64,000 bases of DNA from Candidatus Woesearchaeota archaeon. GTDB taxonomy: Archaea > Nanobdellota > Nanobdellia > Pacearchaeales > GW2011-AR1. Positions within the stretch are counted from its first letter, which is position 1. Each line of letters begins with the position of its first letter. The stretch lies in assembly GCA_964413095.1 (NCBI GenBank), contig CAYPRJ010000001.1:6975-70974 (forward strand), given 5' to 3'. A program made the translations under genes and the position numbers. Below the pieces are notes generated by a model. That model worked only from the letters and a program-made list of their open reading frames with translations. It was not told where the DNA came from and did not search any database. Shown piece after piece: positions 19,101-28,813 of the stretch.

Positions 19101-20166
19101 TTTTTATACTTATAAACATCAGAATATTATGATTCCTGAAACTTTAAATCCTCGGTTAGCACAAATTTGTGGCTATTTTATTGGTGATGGAAATTTTGAG
19201 GCAAGAGGTTTAAGATTTAGAGATGAAAGGGAGGGGGTTTTACAATTTTACAATAAACTCTTTTCAGAAACATTTAGGATTCAGGGAAAGATTTCTAAAA
19301 TGAAAAATAAAAATTGTTTTACTTTAAATATTAATTCAAAAGAAATTGCTGATTTTTTTAGACTTATTCTTCCGGATATTTTTGATTATGTTGCTAAATC
19401 CAAGAAAGATGTGGTAGCAGGTTTTATCAAGGGCTTTATTGATGCAGAAGGGCATGTCAATAAAAAAAGACCAAAAATAACAATTGCTCAAAAAGAAAAA
19501 CTAATTTTAAGATATTTGCAATTATTTTTGCTGAGATTTGGAATCAGAAGTTTTTTGAGATTTGATGGTGGTAAGAAAAAAATTTCAAATCTTTCAATAA
19601 GAGATCGGAGCGTTAAGGATTATTTGCAGATTGGTTTTAGTGCTGAAAGTAAACAGAAGCAATTATTAAAATGGATAAAGCATGTTAATAAGACATATCA
19701 AAAAGAAATGATGCCTATTCAAAGAAACGAGATTTTAGAACTTCTTAAAAGTGTTGGGTTAAAACCCTCTTTAATCATTAAGTCTAGACCCTCTTCTTAT
19801 AAATGGATAAATGGGGAGGAGTTAAAAAAAGCACATAATGCTCTCATGAATAGTAGAGTAAATGATAGACAAATAAAACAGAAAATTGAATTTATATTTA
19901 AACTATTAAATTCAGATATAAGATTTGAAAAAATTAGAAAGATATCAGTTTCTGAAAATAAAGGAAAAGAATTATTTTATGATTTTTCTGTTCCTAAAAA
20001 GGAGAATTATATGGCTAATGGTTTTATTGTTCATAACTCCACATACAGAATGTATTTAAGAAGAGGAAAAAAAGATTCACGAGTTGCAAAGTTAATTGAC
20101 TCTCCGAATTTGCCAGATAATGAAACAGTTTTTTATCTTACAGAGTCTGGTGTTAGAGATGAATAA
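16159..20166 (+). CDS. radA: Recombinase RadA with two inteins (335-aa extein)
   Basis: HhH LPGIGP, GAYGSGK|TQL, FIDTEGTFRP, RAEFSGRGQLADRQQ, GGNIVGHA|STYR. Confidence 0.97.
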   Translation: MATKKDVEEIKNAVSGEEKEEKEPQLTDLPGIGPAVATKLESAGIYDLMSLAVMGPAELGNIAGVSAGVARKAIQAARSMLKLGFTDGFEYAQRRANVNYITTGSKNIDNLLGGKGVESRAVTEAFGAYGSGKCVSKDTAVSYFNDTRMHVEQIQETYNKYNKNNEFKFEEGFAVPVSSVKVLAWNKGKLKVARASHLYKEKVKQLFLVKTKRGRVLKVTGKHRILSFDNGVKWKKTSDLKKGDLIASPRKLDLVTENIYDEDDAYFLGLFVAEGTSNPFSISTGSEKIKNWVCNYIKNKFRYVPLVRYNQRGEKPVYTILSKNKTRGIMAGLDKCNSSNKFIPEAIFLSDENVVSSFLGGYLDGDGEVSKTDVSATTKSSKLATQLSYLFLRLGISVSIKERKNEKYGNYKVVRVSGEDRKRLKNVSFKIKRFSPDIRNSAYGYPRKIISFLHQLYKECLGGNRGRLRKEVGKRSLDRTVYSNLINQYQGKVVNTKTFRRIEDVFEKQKDRFVHILKKLEDEEFSQEILNEIYPSLPFAFSSLAEDMGLKKKSIRNYYHRNIPNSKKEILKNLIFNELKTRVDMIYLALEIISEIKMFNWDVVESVEVIDYDDYVYDFVVPEGHSFIGGNLPTMMHNTQLGLTLAVNVQLPVEKGGANGKCVFIDTEGTFRPARIKQIAEILGANQEKVLKNILVARAFNSDHQILLLEKISEMVKQGEPIKLLIVDSLTAHFRAEFSGRGQLADRQQKLNKYLHNLMRLAEQHNLAVYVTNQVMANPAQMFGDPTTAIGGNIVGHACLTGDSLIQLADGSIREIKNISKNNVISGNLNKLSFEQAGSEKTFINPDIKKIYNIKTTNQIKCSPLHRFFSIENFSIIEKEAKDLREGDFIAHAGRIEIGGEEQELPTLNLRRIGKISKDEGKLISEELGKGNISRNEICKKVGITSRQFRRVLNQSYPTNIKVFDALKKHFANNLQLQVVPFYTYKHQNIMIPETLNPRLAQICGYFIGDGNFEARGLRFRDEREGVLQFYNKLFSETFRIQGKISKMKNKNCFTLNINSKEIADFFRLILPDIFDYVAKSKKDVVAGFIKGFIDAEGHVNKKRPKITIAQKEKLILRYLQLFLLRFGIRSFLRFDGGKKKISNLSIRDRSVKDYLQIGFSAESKQKQLLKWIKHVNKTYQKEMMPIQRNEILELLKSVGLKPSLIIKSRPSSYKWINGEELKKAHNALMNSRVNDRQIKQKIEFIFKLLNSDIRFEKIRKISVSENKGKELFYDFSVPKKENYMANGFIVHNSTYRMYLRRGKKDSRVAKLIDSPNLPDNETVFYLTESGVRDE
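16558..18072 (+). mobile_element. Intein 1 in RadA P-loop, 505 aa, LAGLIDADG endonuclease
   Basis: C1, TGKH, LGLFVAEG, FLGGYLDGDG, MMHN/T. Confidence 0.95.
18553..20037 (+). mobile_element. Intein 2 in RadA, 495 aa, LAGLIDADG endonuclease
   Basis: CLTGD, SPLH, GYFIGDG, FIKGFIDAEG, IVHN/S. Confidence 0.95.
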
Positions 20167-20394
20167 TTAGTAAGTTTTTAATTAATTAAACTGGTGAGAA
20201 ATGTTATTAATAAATTTATCTTGTGTAAGTATCTAATAGGATAGTAGAATAATTAAATCTGCCATAAATCAATAATGCAGTTATTGTAAGAGGATAACCT
20301 AATGAGATTAATGTTGGTAAAATTATAAGATCTTTTATTATACCCTCTATAACTAATTTTTTATCTTTTTCATCAGGCCTGTTTTTTATCAGTG

Positions 20395-20465
20395 TTCCCC
20401 GCGAGGAATCAAACCCGAGTTTGCCGATCACAAGGGTATATTTTTTATTCGTTAAACTAAGGGAT
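20395..20465 (-). pseudogene. Degenerate tRNA-like sequence (possible GTG anticodon)
   Basis: Minus strand TCCCTTAGTTTAACG...CCCTTGTGATCGG...CGGGTTTGATTCCTCGCGGGGA; stems imperfect. Confidence 0.4.
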
Positions 20466-20499
20466 TTGCAATTTTTTTTGAGTTTTTGAAACGTAAAAA

Positions 20500-20958
20500 C
20501 TATTCAACTAATTCTTGTTTGTTAAACCAAAGTGTGATTTCTCTTTCTGCACTCTCGACGCTGTTAGAAGCATGAATTACTGTTTCATGGCAATTTGTTA
20601 TGCTGTGAATTCTTCCGTATTTTCCTCTAAGGGAATTTGGAGTTGCTTTGTCAGGATTTGTTTCTCCAACAAGGTTTCTTATTTTTTGAATTGCGTTTTC
20701 TCCTTTATATATAATTGCAATGACATTTTCATTTCCATGTAATTCTCCTGTAATGTGTTTTATTAATTCTTCAAAAAAAGGCTTGTTTTTGTGTTCACTG
20801 TAATGTTGTTCTGCAAGTTCTTTTTGAACATTCACAAGTTTTAAGCCAATCATTTTTAATCCAAGATTATCAATATCATAAATAATATTTCCTGCAAGTT
20901 TTTTTGCCATGGCATCTGGCTTTATTAGGACGAGAGTTCTTTCTTTATTCTTTTCCAT
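20500..20958 (-). CDS. ndk: Nucleoside diphosphate kinase
   Basis: ERTLVLIKPDA, GETNP, IHAS, AEREI. Confidence 0.95.
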   Translation of the reverse strand: MEKNKERTLVLIKPDAMAKKLAGNIIYDIDNLGLKMIGLKLVNVQKELAEQHYSEHKNKPFFEELIKHITGELHGNENVIAIIYKGENAIQKIRNLVGETNPDKATPNSLRGKYGRIHSITNCHETVIHASNSVESAEREITLWFNKQELVE

Positions 20959-21057
20959 TGGATTATTTTAGAAAATTAATTTATAAATTTTTGTAATTAA
21001 AAAAAAACATTTATAAAGGATAGTTTTTTATATTAACTATAATTTAATATTAAAGAG

Positions 21058-22335
21058 GTGGAGATGGAGCAAAAAAAATATTCAAAAGAGCTTTTGATAG
21101 GGATTTTTATTTTTGGAATAGCATTAACAATTTTTTTAGGAAGTTTTGTAGTTGCAGATTTTTATAATAAAGTAACAACCACTTATGTTCAAAATGGAAC
21201 TAACATAACAGTTCTTGTTTTTAATATTTCTAACACAACTGCAGCAAATGGAACAGAAAGTCCAACTTTGTTACATAATATAACAATAAATAATACTGGA
21301 ACTAGTGCAGTGGGAAATAATATAACAAGGGTTACTATCACAAATGGTACTTGGATATTTTCTAATGCCTCGCTTAATGGAATTCCATATATTATAGCTA
21401 TAGATAAGAATATAACACATGAGATGAATTTAACAATAAATTTCACAATAAATTCAAGTATGCAAACAGATGGAGCAACAATCCAGGCAAATATTACAGC
21501 TTTGGAAAATAGCTCAGGAGCTCTTAATTATACTGCATTACCTTTCAATTCTTCTACAACCACAATTGATGGAGCAGGACCAACAGTTAGCGCATCGTGT
21601 AATGATGTGAATAAAGGAGATGCATTAGATTGTTCATGTTCAGCAAGTGATAATGTTGGAGGAGTTAATTCAACCTCAACTAAAACTGATTCAGATTCAG
21701 GAACAGGAACACAGGAGCATACTACATCTCTTGGGTTTACATTCACGTGTAAAGCGACAGATTGGTTTGGAAGAACAAATAGTACTACTGCAAAATATAT
21801 TGTAAGTGAAACCTCATCTAATAGAGATAGAGGAACAAGCGGAACTACGGGAACAACATGGTCAACCCACGCAATAACTCAAGAGCAATTTCAAAACGGA
21901 TATACTAGCCAAATTCAAGTAAACAAGAGAATAAGAGTCCAAGTTGAAGGAGAAGATCATCATGTTGGAGTTAAGGAGGTAAGTAGCGAGACAGTAAAAT
22001 TAGAAATTTCTTCTGAGCTTCAAGAAGCAAATCTTGCAATAGGAGATTCAAGAAGATTTGATGTTACAGGAGATGGTTATTATGATATTCTTGTGACATT
22101 AAATGATATTGTTGATGGCAAAGCAGATTTGACAATTAAGTCAATACACGAGGAAATAACAGAAGAAACAGAACAAGAGGAAGCTGAAAAAGAAACTACT
22201 TCTACAGGCGAAGGTGAAGAAGAGCCTATAAGTGAAGAAGAAGATTTAACTTGGTTGTGGATTGTTATTGGTGTAGTTGTTTTAGCTGCTGTAATTGGTG
22301 GTGGAGTTGCGGCTAAAAAAAGAAAGAGACAATAA
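21058..22335 (+). CDS. Cell-surface glycoprotein, C-terminal TM anchor
   Basis: Signal peptide, about 20 N-x-S/T sequons, C-terminal TM + KKRKRQ. Confidence 0.75.
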   Translation: MEMEQKKYSKELLIGIFIFGIALTIFLGSFVVADFYNKVTTTYVQNGTNITVLVFNISNTTAANGTESPTLLHNITINNTGTSAVGNNITRVTITNGTWIFSNASLNGIPYIIAIDKNITHEMNLTINFTINSSMQTDGATIQANITALENSSGALNYTALPFNSSTTTIDGAGPTVSASCNDVNKGDALDCSCSASDNVGGVNSTSTKTDSDSGTGTQEHTTSLGFTFTCKATDWFGRTNSTTAKYIVSETSSNRDRGTSGTTGTTWSTHAITQEQFQNGYTSQIQVNKRIRVQVEGEDHHVGVKEVSSETVKLEISSELQEANLAIGDSRRFDVTGDGYYDILVTLNDIVDGKADLTIKSIHEEITEETEQEEAEKETTSTGEGEEEPISEEEDLTWLWIVIGVVVLAAVIGGGVAAKKRKRQ

Positions 22336-22366
22336 TCTTTTTATTTATGTTTATTTTTCTTTTTAG

Positions 22367-24700
22367 ATGGATAATTTAACAAATAAAGATGTAATCTTTT
22401 CTGACTTTCATATACATTCACGATTTTCTAGAGCTTGTAGCAAAAATATTACTTTTGAGAATTTAACTAAGTGGGCGAAAATTAAAGGGCTTAACTTATT
22501 AGGTACTGGAGATTTTACTCATCCAATTTGGTTTAAAGAGATTAAGGATAAATTAATTGATAATGGAAATGGTTTTTACCTTGATTCTGCAACAGGTTTT
22601 CCGTTTATTATTACAGGAGAAATTTCTTTGATGTATTCTCAAGGAGGAAAAGGAAGAAGAGTTCATCTTGTATTGCTTGTTCCTTCAATTGAAATTGCTG
22701 AGAAGATAAATTCTTATTTTGATAAAAGAGGAAGAAGAGATTATGATGGCAGGCCTATTTTTAAAATTTCATGTGAAGATTTTGTTAAAGATATGATGGC
22801 TATCTCTGAAAGCATTGAAATAATCCCTGCTCACATTTGGACTCCCTGGTTTGGTATTTTCGGAAGCCAAACAGGATTTGATAGTTTAAAAGAAGCTTTT
22901 GGAGAACAAGTTGAAAATATTCATGCAATTGAAACCGGGATCTCATGTTATGATTCTAAAACAGAGATTTTAACAGAGAAAGGTTGGAAATTTTTTAAAG
23001 ATGTAAATAAATCTGATAATATTTGTACACTTGATCCAGAAAATTATAATATTGAATTTCAAAAGCCTCTTAATATTTTTAAAAGAAAATATAAAGGTAA
23101 AATGTATAAATTAGAAACTAAGAGAGTAAATCTTTTAGTTACCCCTAATCATAAGCTGTTTTATAGCCACTGTGATTTTAGAAAGAAACCAAATTTTTCT
23201 CTGAAAAAGGCAGAGTTATTATTCAATAAATCAAAAAGGTTTAAGAAGGATGGGAACTGGAGAGGGAAAAATCAAAAATATTTTGTTTTACCAAAAGTGA
23301 GAATTAAGCATGGAAGCAAATATTACTCAGGTGAGAGAAACAAAGAGATTAAGAAATTTCCAATTAAAGAGTGGTTGAGATTTTTTGGTTTTTGGATTGC
23401 CGAAGGATGTACACATCAGGGAAAGAATGGAGATTATGGGGTTTATATTTTTAATGATAAAAAAGATGTTCTTTTGGAAATGAAAAAGATTTTAGAGGGT
23501 TTTGGATACAGACCTTATCTTGATAAAAATATTCTTAGAGTAAGAGATTTTCAATTATTTAAATATCTAGATCAGTTTGGAAAATCTGGAGATAAATATA
23601 TCCCTTTAGAGATTAAATCTCTTTCTAAGGAATTGCTTCAACTTTTTTTTGATTATTATATTAAGGGAGATGGCCATAGATATGGAAGAAATAACAAAGG
23701 TCTTTCTGCAACAACTATCTCTAAAAAATTAAGAGATGATTTACAAGAAGTAGCTTTAAAATTAGGAATGTCTGCATATTATAAATTACATAATAAAAAA
23801 GGAACATCCATAAACTCTCTTCCAGTAGCAAAATCAAAAGGTTATAAACAATCTAAAGATTCTTGGAATGTTTATTTTATTAAAGAAAATCTTCATACAG
23901 TTATTCCCTCTACTATTAAAAAATGGAATTATAAAGAGAAATGGATTCAGTATAATGATTATGTTTATTGTGTTCAAGTTCCAAATCATGTGATTTATAT
24001 TAGAAGAAACGGCATTCCTGTTTGGTGTGGTAATTCAGACCCTGAAATGAATTGGAAAATTAAAGAGCTGACAGAGAATAATATTTCAATTGTTAGTTTT
24101 TCAGATGCTCACTCTCACTGGCCATTTAGATTAGGAAGAGAAACAACTATTTTCAAAAAAACAAATTCATATAAAGAAATTATAAGACAAATTAGAGAAA
24201 ATGATTTTATTGGAACAATTGAAACAGAGCCTGCCTATGGAAAATACCATTGGGATGGACACAGAAATTGTAATTTTTCTTGTTCTCCGAATGAAGCAAA
24301 AGAGCTTAATTATATTTGCCCTATTTGTGGAAATCCTTTGACAAGAGGAGTAGAAAACAGAGTTGAATTCTTAGCAGGAAATCCAGAGAATTTTAAACCA
24401 AAAAGTGCAAAATTTTTTTACAAACTTCTTCCTTTACATGAGCTAATTGTTTTAGTTTATGGAGGAAGTTTACAAAGCAAAAAAAACTGGGAAATTTATG
24501 ATTCTTTGATAAAAGAATTTGGAAATGAGTTCAATGTTTTGCTGAATGTTTCTAAAGAAAAATTATTAAGAATTAATTTAAATGATAAATTAGTTGAGAT
24601 GATTTTGAAAAACAGAGAGGGTAAGATTAAAGTCAAGCCAGGTTATGATGGTGTTTATGGAGAGGCATTGTTAGAAGAGAAACAATCAAAATTATTTTAA
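22367..24700 (+). CDS. Endonuclease Q-like PHP-domain protein with intein
   Basis: DFHIHSRFSRA, GTGDFTHP, PAHIWTPW, ETGIS|SDP, SDAH, GKYHWDGHR, CxxC pairs. Confidence 0.9.
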   Translation: MDNLTNKDVIFSDFHIHSRFSRACSKNITFENLTKWAKIKGLNLLGTGDFTHPIWFKEIKDKLIDNGNGFYLDSATGFPFIITGEISLMYSQGGKGRRVHLVLLVPSIEIAEKINSYFDKRGRRDYDGRPIFKISCEDFVKDMMAISESIEIIPAHIWTPWFGIFGSQTGFDSLKEAFGEQVENIHAIETGISCYDSKTEILTEKGWKFFKDVNKSDNICTLDPENYNIEFQKPLNIFKRKYKGKMYKLETKRVNLLVTPNHKLFYSHCDFRKKPNFSLKKAELLFNKSKRFKKDGNWRGKNQKYFVLPKVRIKHGSKYYSGERNKEIKKFPIKEWLRFFGFWIAEGCTHQGKNGDYGVYIFNDKKDVLLEMKKILEGFGYRPYLDKNILRVRDFQLFKYLDQFGKSGDKYIPLEIKSLSKELLQLFFDYYIKGDGHRYGRNNKGLSATTISKKLRDDLQEVALKLGMSAYYKLHNKKGTSINSLPVAKSKGYKQSKDSWNVYFIKENLHTVIPSTIKKWNYKEKWIQYNDYVYCVQVPNHVIYIRRNGIPVWCGNSDPEMNWKIKELTENNISIVSFSDAHSHWPFRLGRETTIFKKTNSYKEIIRQIRENDFIGTIETEPAYGKYHWDGHRNCNFSCSPNEAKELNYICPICGNPLTRGVENRVEFLAGNPENFKPKSAKFFYKLLPLHELIVLVYGGSLQSKKNWEIYDSLIKEFGNEFNVLLNVSKEKLLRINLNDKLVEMILKNREGKIKVKPGYDGVYGEALLEEKQSKLF
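22946..24034 (+). mobile_element. Intein in EndoQ-like gene, 363 aa, ends WCGN
   Basis: CYD, VTPNH, GFWIAEG, YIKGDG, VWCGN/S. Confidence 0.92.
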
Positions 24701-25123
24701 GTTGAGAATGTATTCTTTAAGTTTTGGATGGAATGAAGTTGTAAAATAATTTTCAAGTTCTTCTGGGTTGACCCATTTAAGTTCTTCAAAATCTTCACCT
24801 ACTTTTTCCTCTCCTTTAATTATCTCACATAAAAAATAAATCGCTAATAAATCTCTTTTTTCTGGATAGGTTTTTGCAAATATTACACCAAGACTTTCTG
24901 CATCATAACCAGTTTCTTGTTTTACTTCTCTTTTAATTGATTCTTCTAATTCTTCTCCATGTTCTGGGCGGCCTCCAGGAAATGCCCACGTTAAATTTTC
25001 TATTTCTTCATCTTTTTTTCTTTTTCCAATAAGTATTTTTTTTGTTTCAGGATCAAAAATTATTCCAAGCACAATTGGAAAATATGCTTTTTCTAATGTC
25101 TTTTGATTTTCTTCTTCCATCAT
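24692..25123 (-). CDS. NUDIX hydrolase
   Basis: PGGRPEHGEELEESIKREVKQETG Nudix box. Confidence 0.92.
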   Translation of the reverse strand: MMEEENQKTLEKAYFPIVLGIIFDPETKKILIGKRKKDEEIENLTWAFPGGRPEHGEELEESIKREVKQETGYDAESLGVIFAKTYPEKRDLLAIYFLCEIIKGEEKVGEDFEELKWVNPEELENYFTTSFHPKLKEYILNLK

Positions 25124-25180
25124 GTTCTTAGTTTCAAAAATGTCTATTTAAACCTTTTGTCCTACTTTTTTATAGTAAAT

Positions 25181-25897
25181 TTATTTTTCTTTTACATTCA
25201 GTGAAAGCCCTTTTTGTTTAGATGCTTTTTCAATTTTTGAGGTAGTTTCTTTGATTTTTTTATCTGCGTCTTTAGGGTTGTCTGATTCTGCTTTTATAGA
25301 GTATTTTCCTGCAGAAATATATTTTATTTCAACATCCTTTATGCTTCCTAAAATATTTTTTATTAATTCTAATCCATTTGGTTTTGTGGATGTTAAATAG
25401 ATTTCTCTTTTTATAGAAATTTTTTTTGGTTTTTGTGTTTTTAAAATGTCTAAAACTTTTTTTGCGTCTTCTTTATTGATTAATTTTTCTAATATTTTTG
25501 GATTCTCCTTAACTTCTTCAAAAAAATCAAAGATTTCTTTTTCCTTTTCTATTTTTTTTATTGTTTCTTCTACTTCTTTTCCTAACACACTTTTTAATAT
25601 ACTTATGTAACTTTTTTCTTTTTTCTCTCTTTCTAATGCTTCTTTTTTTTCTTTTTGAGTTACTCTTCGTAAGGATAATTCTATATTTCCCCTGGGAGAA
25701 ATTCTTAAAACTTTGCAGACTATTCTTTTTTTTGGAACAACATAACTTCTTAGATTACGAATTCTTCCTGGAGCTATTTCATTTATCACAATACTTCCTT
25801 CAAGTTCTTTTCCTGCTAAATGCACTTTTACAAAAACCATAGTTCCAACTATTTTTTCAACAGTGCATATAACTATGTCTCCAGATTCTATTTCCAT
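25181..25897 (-). CDS. eif2a: Translation initiation factor 2 alpha (aIF-2alpha)
   Basis: S1 domain with EIAPGRIRN, IELSLRRV, YISAGKY. Confidence 0.85.
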   Translation of the reverse strand: MEIESGDIVICTVEKIVGTMVFVKVHLAGKELEGSIVINEIAPGRIRNLRSYVVPKKRIVCKVLRISPRGNIELSLRRVTQKEKKEALEREKKEKSYISILKSVLGKEVEETIKKIEKEKEIFDFFEEVKENPKILEKLINKEDAKKVLDILKTQKPKKISIKREIYLTSTKPNGLELIKNILGSIKDVEIKYISAGKYSIKAESDNPKDADKKIKETTSKIEKASKQKGLSLNVKEK

Positions 25898-25962
25898 AAT
25901 TTATGAAGAAAAATCGCAGTTTTAAAGGTTATGATATTTTTTTCTGGATAAAACTTGCATAA

Positions 25963-27303
25963 TTAAACTTTTACAAGTTCAATTTCTAAATTCTTTTTTA
26001 AGGTTTTTATAAATTCATCTTCTTTTTCTTTGTGAATCATGCATCCTGCAGCATTTTTGTGACCTCCAACTTCTCCTCCAATTTTCTTTACAATACTATT
26101 TAAGATTTCTCTTATGTTTCTTTCATCTTCTCCTACTTTTCTTGCTGAAACTTTTATTTTATCTTCATAATATGCCATGGTTGTTATAATTGTTCCTTCT
26201 GTGTATATTGAAGAATTTGAGAGAATACTTGCTATTGTTCCTATTATTGTGTCTTTTATGTTGTCTTTTGCATTTATTATAATAAATCTATCTCCTGTTA
26301 TTTTCTCTGTTTCTGAGACAAATTTTAATGCAGATATTATTAATTGTTTGTATTTTACATGAATATGCTCTGCTTCTTTTTTTGCTTTTGAAATTTCCAT
26401 GCAGAACTGGAGTGCTAAATCACTTCTTCCTAGTTTTGAACAAGCATTTATTATTGCGCTAAGTTCTCTTGCATCTTCTAATTTATTGAAGATTTTTATT
26501 AAAAAAATATCTCCTATTATTGAATTGTTTTTTGCTTTTGGATTTCTTAGCATTATTGCAGTTACTAATTTTGACATGTCCTCTTTATTGAGTTCTATTA
26601 AACTTTTGCATTTTCCATTAGAACTACTTCCGTTCAGTCCAGCTTCTCTTAGTAGTTCAGTTACTCCTTCTGCATTTCCTGTAACTCCGGGGATATAGGG
26701 TGCAGAGCAATATTCTAAAACTCTGTTCAAAGGTCTGGTTGAAGGATAGATAAGAAGCCCTCTTTTTCTTTGTAAATCTCCGTCATTTAAAATTTCATTA
26801 TTTAATTTTTCAATATTTTTTTCTAAAGAATCCCCTATCATTCCTAAAACTGCAAGTTTGGCAAATTTTCTGTTTTCTTGATTTATCTCTTTACAGAATA
26901 AATAGGTTAATCCAGAACTGCTTATTTTTTCTTTTCCATTAATCATAGGATTTACCATTCTTACATTTTTTGGTATTTCTCTGATTACTTCATGGTGGTC
27001 TATTATAAAAACATTCTCTAAATTTGTCTTTTCAATTTCATCTAAGCTTCCTGATGCTAAATCTAAAAAGAGAGTTAGTTTATCTTTAGAAAGATTTTCA
27101 ATAAAGTTTCCTTCAATTCTTTTGACAATTTTTAAAGAGAATGGTTTATCTAATTTCTTTAATGTTTGAATCATGATGGCAGCAGAAGTAATTCCATCTG
27201 TATCAAAATGACTTATTATTTGAATCTCTTTATTCTTTGATTTTTCTAAAAATTCTTTTGTTATATTCTTGATTCTAAATTCTAAATTTTCCTCTTTTTC
27301 CAT
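25963..27303 (-). CDS. RecJ-like DHH/DHHA1 phosphoesterase
   Basis: HFDTDG, FLDL, IDHH, GGH; adjacent to rps15. Confidence 0.9.
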   Translation of the reverse strand: MEKEENLEFRIKNITKEFLEKSKNKEIQIISHFDTDGITSAAIMIQTLKKLDKPFSLKIVKRIEGNFIENLSKDKLTLFLDLASGSLDEIEKTNLENVFIIDHHEVIREIPKNVRMVNPMINGKEKISSSGLTYLFCKEINQENRKFAKLAVLGMIGDSLEKNIEKLNNEILNDGDLQRKRGLLIYPSTRPLNRVLEYCSAPYIPGVTGNAEGVTELLREAGLNGSSSNGKCKSLIELNKEDMSKLVTAIMLRNPKAKNNSIIGDIFLIKIFNKLEDARELSAIINACSKLGRSDLALQFCMEISKAKKEAEHIHVKYKQLIISALKFVSETEKITGDRFIIINAKDNIKDTIIGTIASILSNSSIYTEGTIITTMAYYEDKIKVSARKVGEDERNIREILNSIVKKIGGEVGGHKNAAGCMIHKEKEDEFIKTLKKNLEIELVKV

Positions 27304-27319
27304 TTTTAAAAGAAATTAA

Positions 27320-27661
27320 TTATTTTTTAAAATATTTTTTGAGTCTTCTTAGTTTTGCAAAAATTCTGTCTTTTTCTCTTATAGATCTTTTATCTTGTTT
27401 GTTGCTTTTACAATGTTCTTGAATTTTTTCTAATTTGTTTTCAAGATTTTTTATATCTGGATTAACATAATTTCCTTTTTCTTTTAAAATTCTTAATATT
27501 TTTTTATTATATTCTTTTATATGTATCCCTTCTTTTTTTAATGTTTCTCCGATTTTTTCAGCTGTCAATCCTTTATTAGCTAATTCAACTATTTTTTTCT
27601 CTAGTTCTTTTTCTGTTGGTTTTTGTTTTTTTACTTTTTTTGTTGTTTTTTTCTGAACCAT
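27320..27661 (-). CDS. rps15: 30S ribosomal protein S15 (shortened)
   Basis: GLTAEKIG, PDIKNL, HCKSNKQD, KLRRLKKYF. Confidence 0.85.
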   Translation of the reverse strand: MVQKKTTKKVKKQKPTEKELEKKIVELANKGLTAEKIGETLKKEGIHIKEYNKKILRILKEKGNYVNPDIKNLENKLEKIQEHCKSNKQDKRSIREKDRIFAKLRRLKKYFKK

Positions 27662-27745
27662 CTTTTAGAAAAATATTGTGGGCTTTTAAATTTTGCTATG
27701 TTTGATTAGTGAAAGATATTTAAATTATAATAGTTTTTCTTAGTT

Positions 27746-28537
27746 ATGGGGAAAAGCATAGGTATTATAAGTCTTAAAGGGGGTGTTGGAAAGACATCTA
27801 TTGTTGCTGGATTAGGCGCTTCTATTGCAAATTTTGATAAAAAAGTTTTGTTGGTTGATGGAAATCTTTCTGCTCCTAATTTGGGTTTTCATCTTAATGT
27901 TATAAATCCTAAGATTAGTTTACACCATGTTTTAACAAGAAAAGTTAATCCAAGTGATGCAATTTGTTCATTAAGAAATTTTGATATAATACCTGCTTCT
28001 GTTTTTGATAGTTCGAGAGTTAATAATTTTGCTTTGAAAAATAGAATTAAATTTCTTAAAAATAAATATGATGTTATTTTATTTGATTCTTCTCCTGCCC
28101 TGAATGAAGAAACTCTTGCAGTTATGCTTGCTTCTGATTCTTTGTTTGTTGTAACAACTCCAGATTATCCTTCTTTGAGTACTACAATAAAAGCAATTAA
28201 AGAAGCTAAGCAAAGAGGAACTTCAATACATGGTTTAATTTTAAATAAAGTTAATAATAAAAATTTTGATATTTCTCTTAATGAAATTGAAAAGATTGCA
28301 GAAGTTCCTGTTCTTGCAGTTTTGCCTTATGATATTAATTGTCTTAAAGCTCTGTCTGAATTGGTTCCTTTTGCAGATTATAAACCTAATTCAGAGGGGA
28401 GTAGAGAACTTAGAAAACTGGCAGCTGCTTTAATAGGAGAAAAAGGTAAAGAAAAGGGTTTTAAGAGAATTTTTAGATTTATTCCAAAAAAGCAGGACAT
28501 TAACAGAGAAGTTTTTTATGAGAGTTTTTTTAGTTAG
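27746..28537 (+). CDS. minD: MinD/ParA family ATPase
   Basis: KGGVGKT deviant Walker A, DSSP, LILNKV. Confidence 0.85.
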   Translation: MGKSIGIISLKGGVGKTSIVAGLGASIANFDKKVLLVDGNLSAPNLGFHLNVINPKISLHHVLTRKVNPSDAICSLRNFDIIPASVFDSSRVNNFALKNRIKFLKNKYDVILFDSSPALNEETLAVMLASDSLFVVTTPDYPSLSTTIKAIKEAKQRGTSIHGLILNKVNNKNFDISLNEIEKIAEVPVLAVLPYDINCLKALSELVPFADYKPNSEGSRELRKLAAALIGEKGKEKGFKRIFRFIPKKQDINREVFYESFFS

Positions 28538-28784
28538 CTTCAAATTTATCTAATATATTTTCATTATATTTCTTGATGAACTTTCCTGCTTCATCCATCT
28601 CTTCTATTGTTGATGCTATATGCATATTAGCTCTTTCTTCAAGTTTTGCTCTTATTCTAACTGGTGTTTTATCTAATTGTTTATGAAACCAGATTTTATT
28701 GATATTATTATTGCCTTGGACATATATATAATTCCCCTTTATTCTCTTGACTAAGAAATATTCCCAGGCCATATCTGTGAGCAA
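28530..28784 (-). CDS. Hypothetical protein or fragment
   Basis: ORF only, non-ATG start. Confidence 0.3.
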   Translation of the reverse strand: MLTDMAWEYFLVKRIKGNYIYVQGNNNINKIWFHKQLDKTPVRIRAKLEERANMHIASTIEEMDEAGKFIKKYNENILDKFEAN

Positions 28785-28813
28785 TAATAAATATATTTAA
28801 TAATTTCTGTCTT

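Noticed and set aside
20216..20431. 71-aa minus-strand ORF
   Set aside because: Non-ATG start within tRNA-like sequence; no recognisable motif
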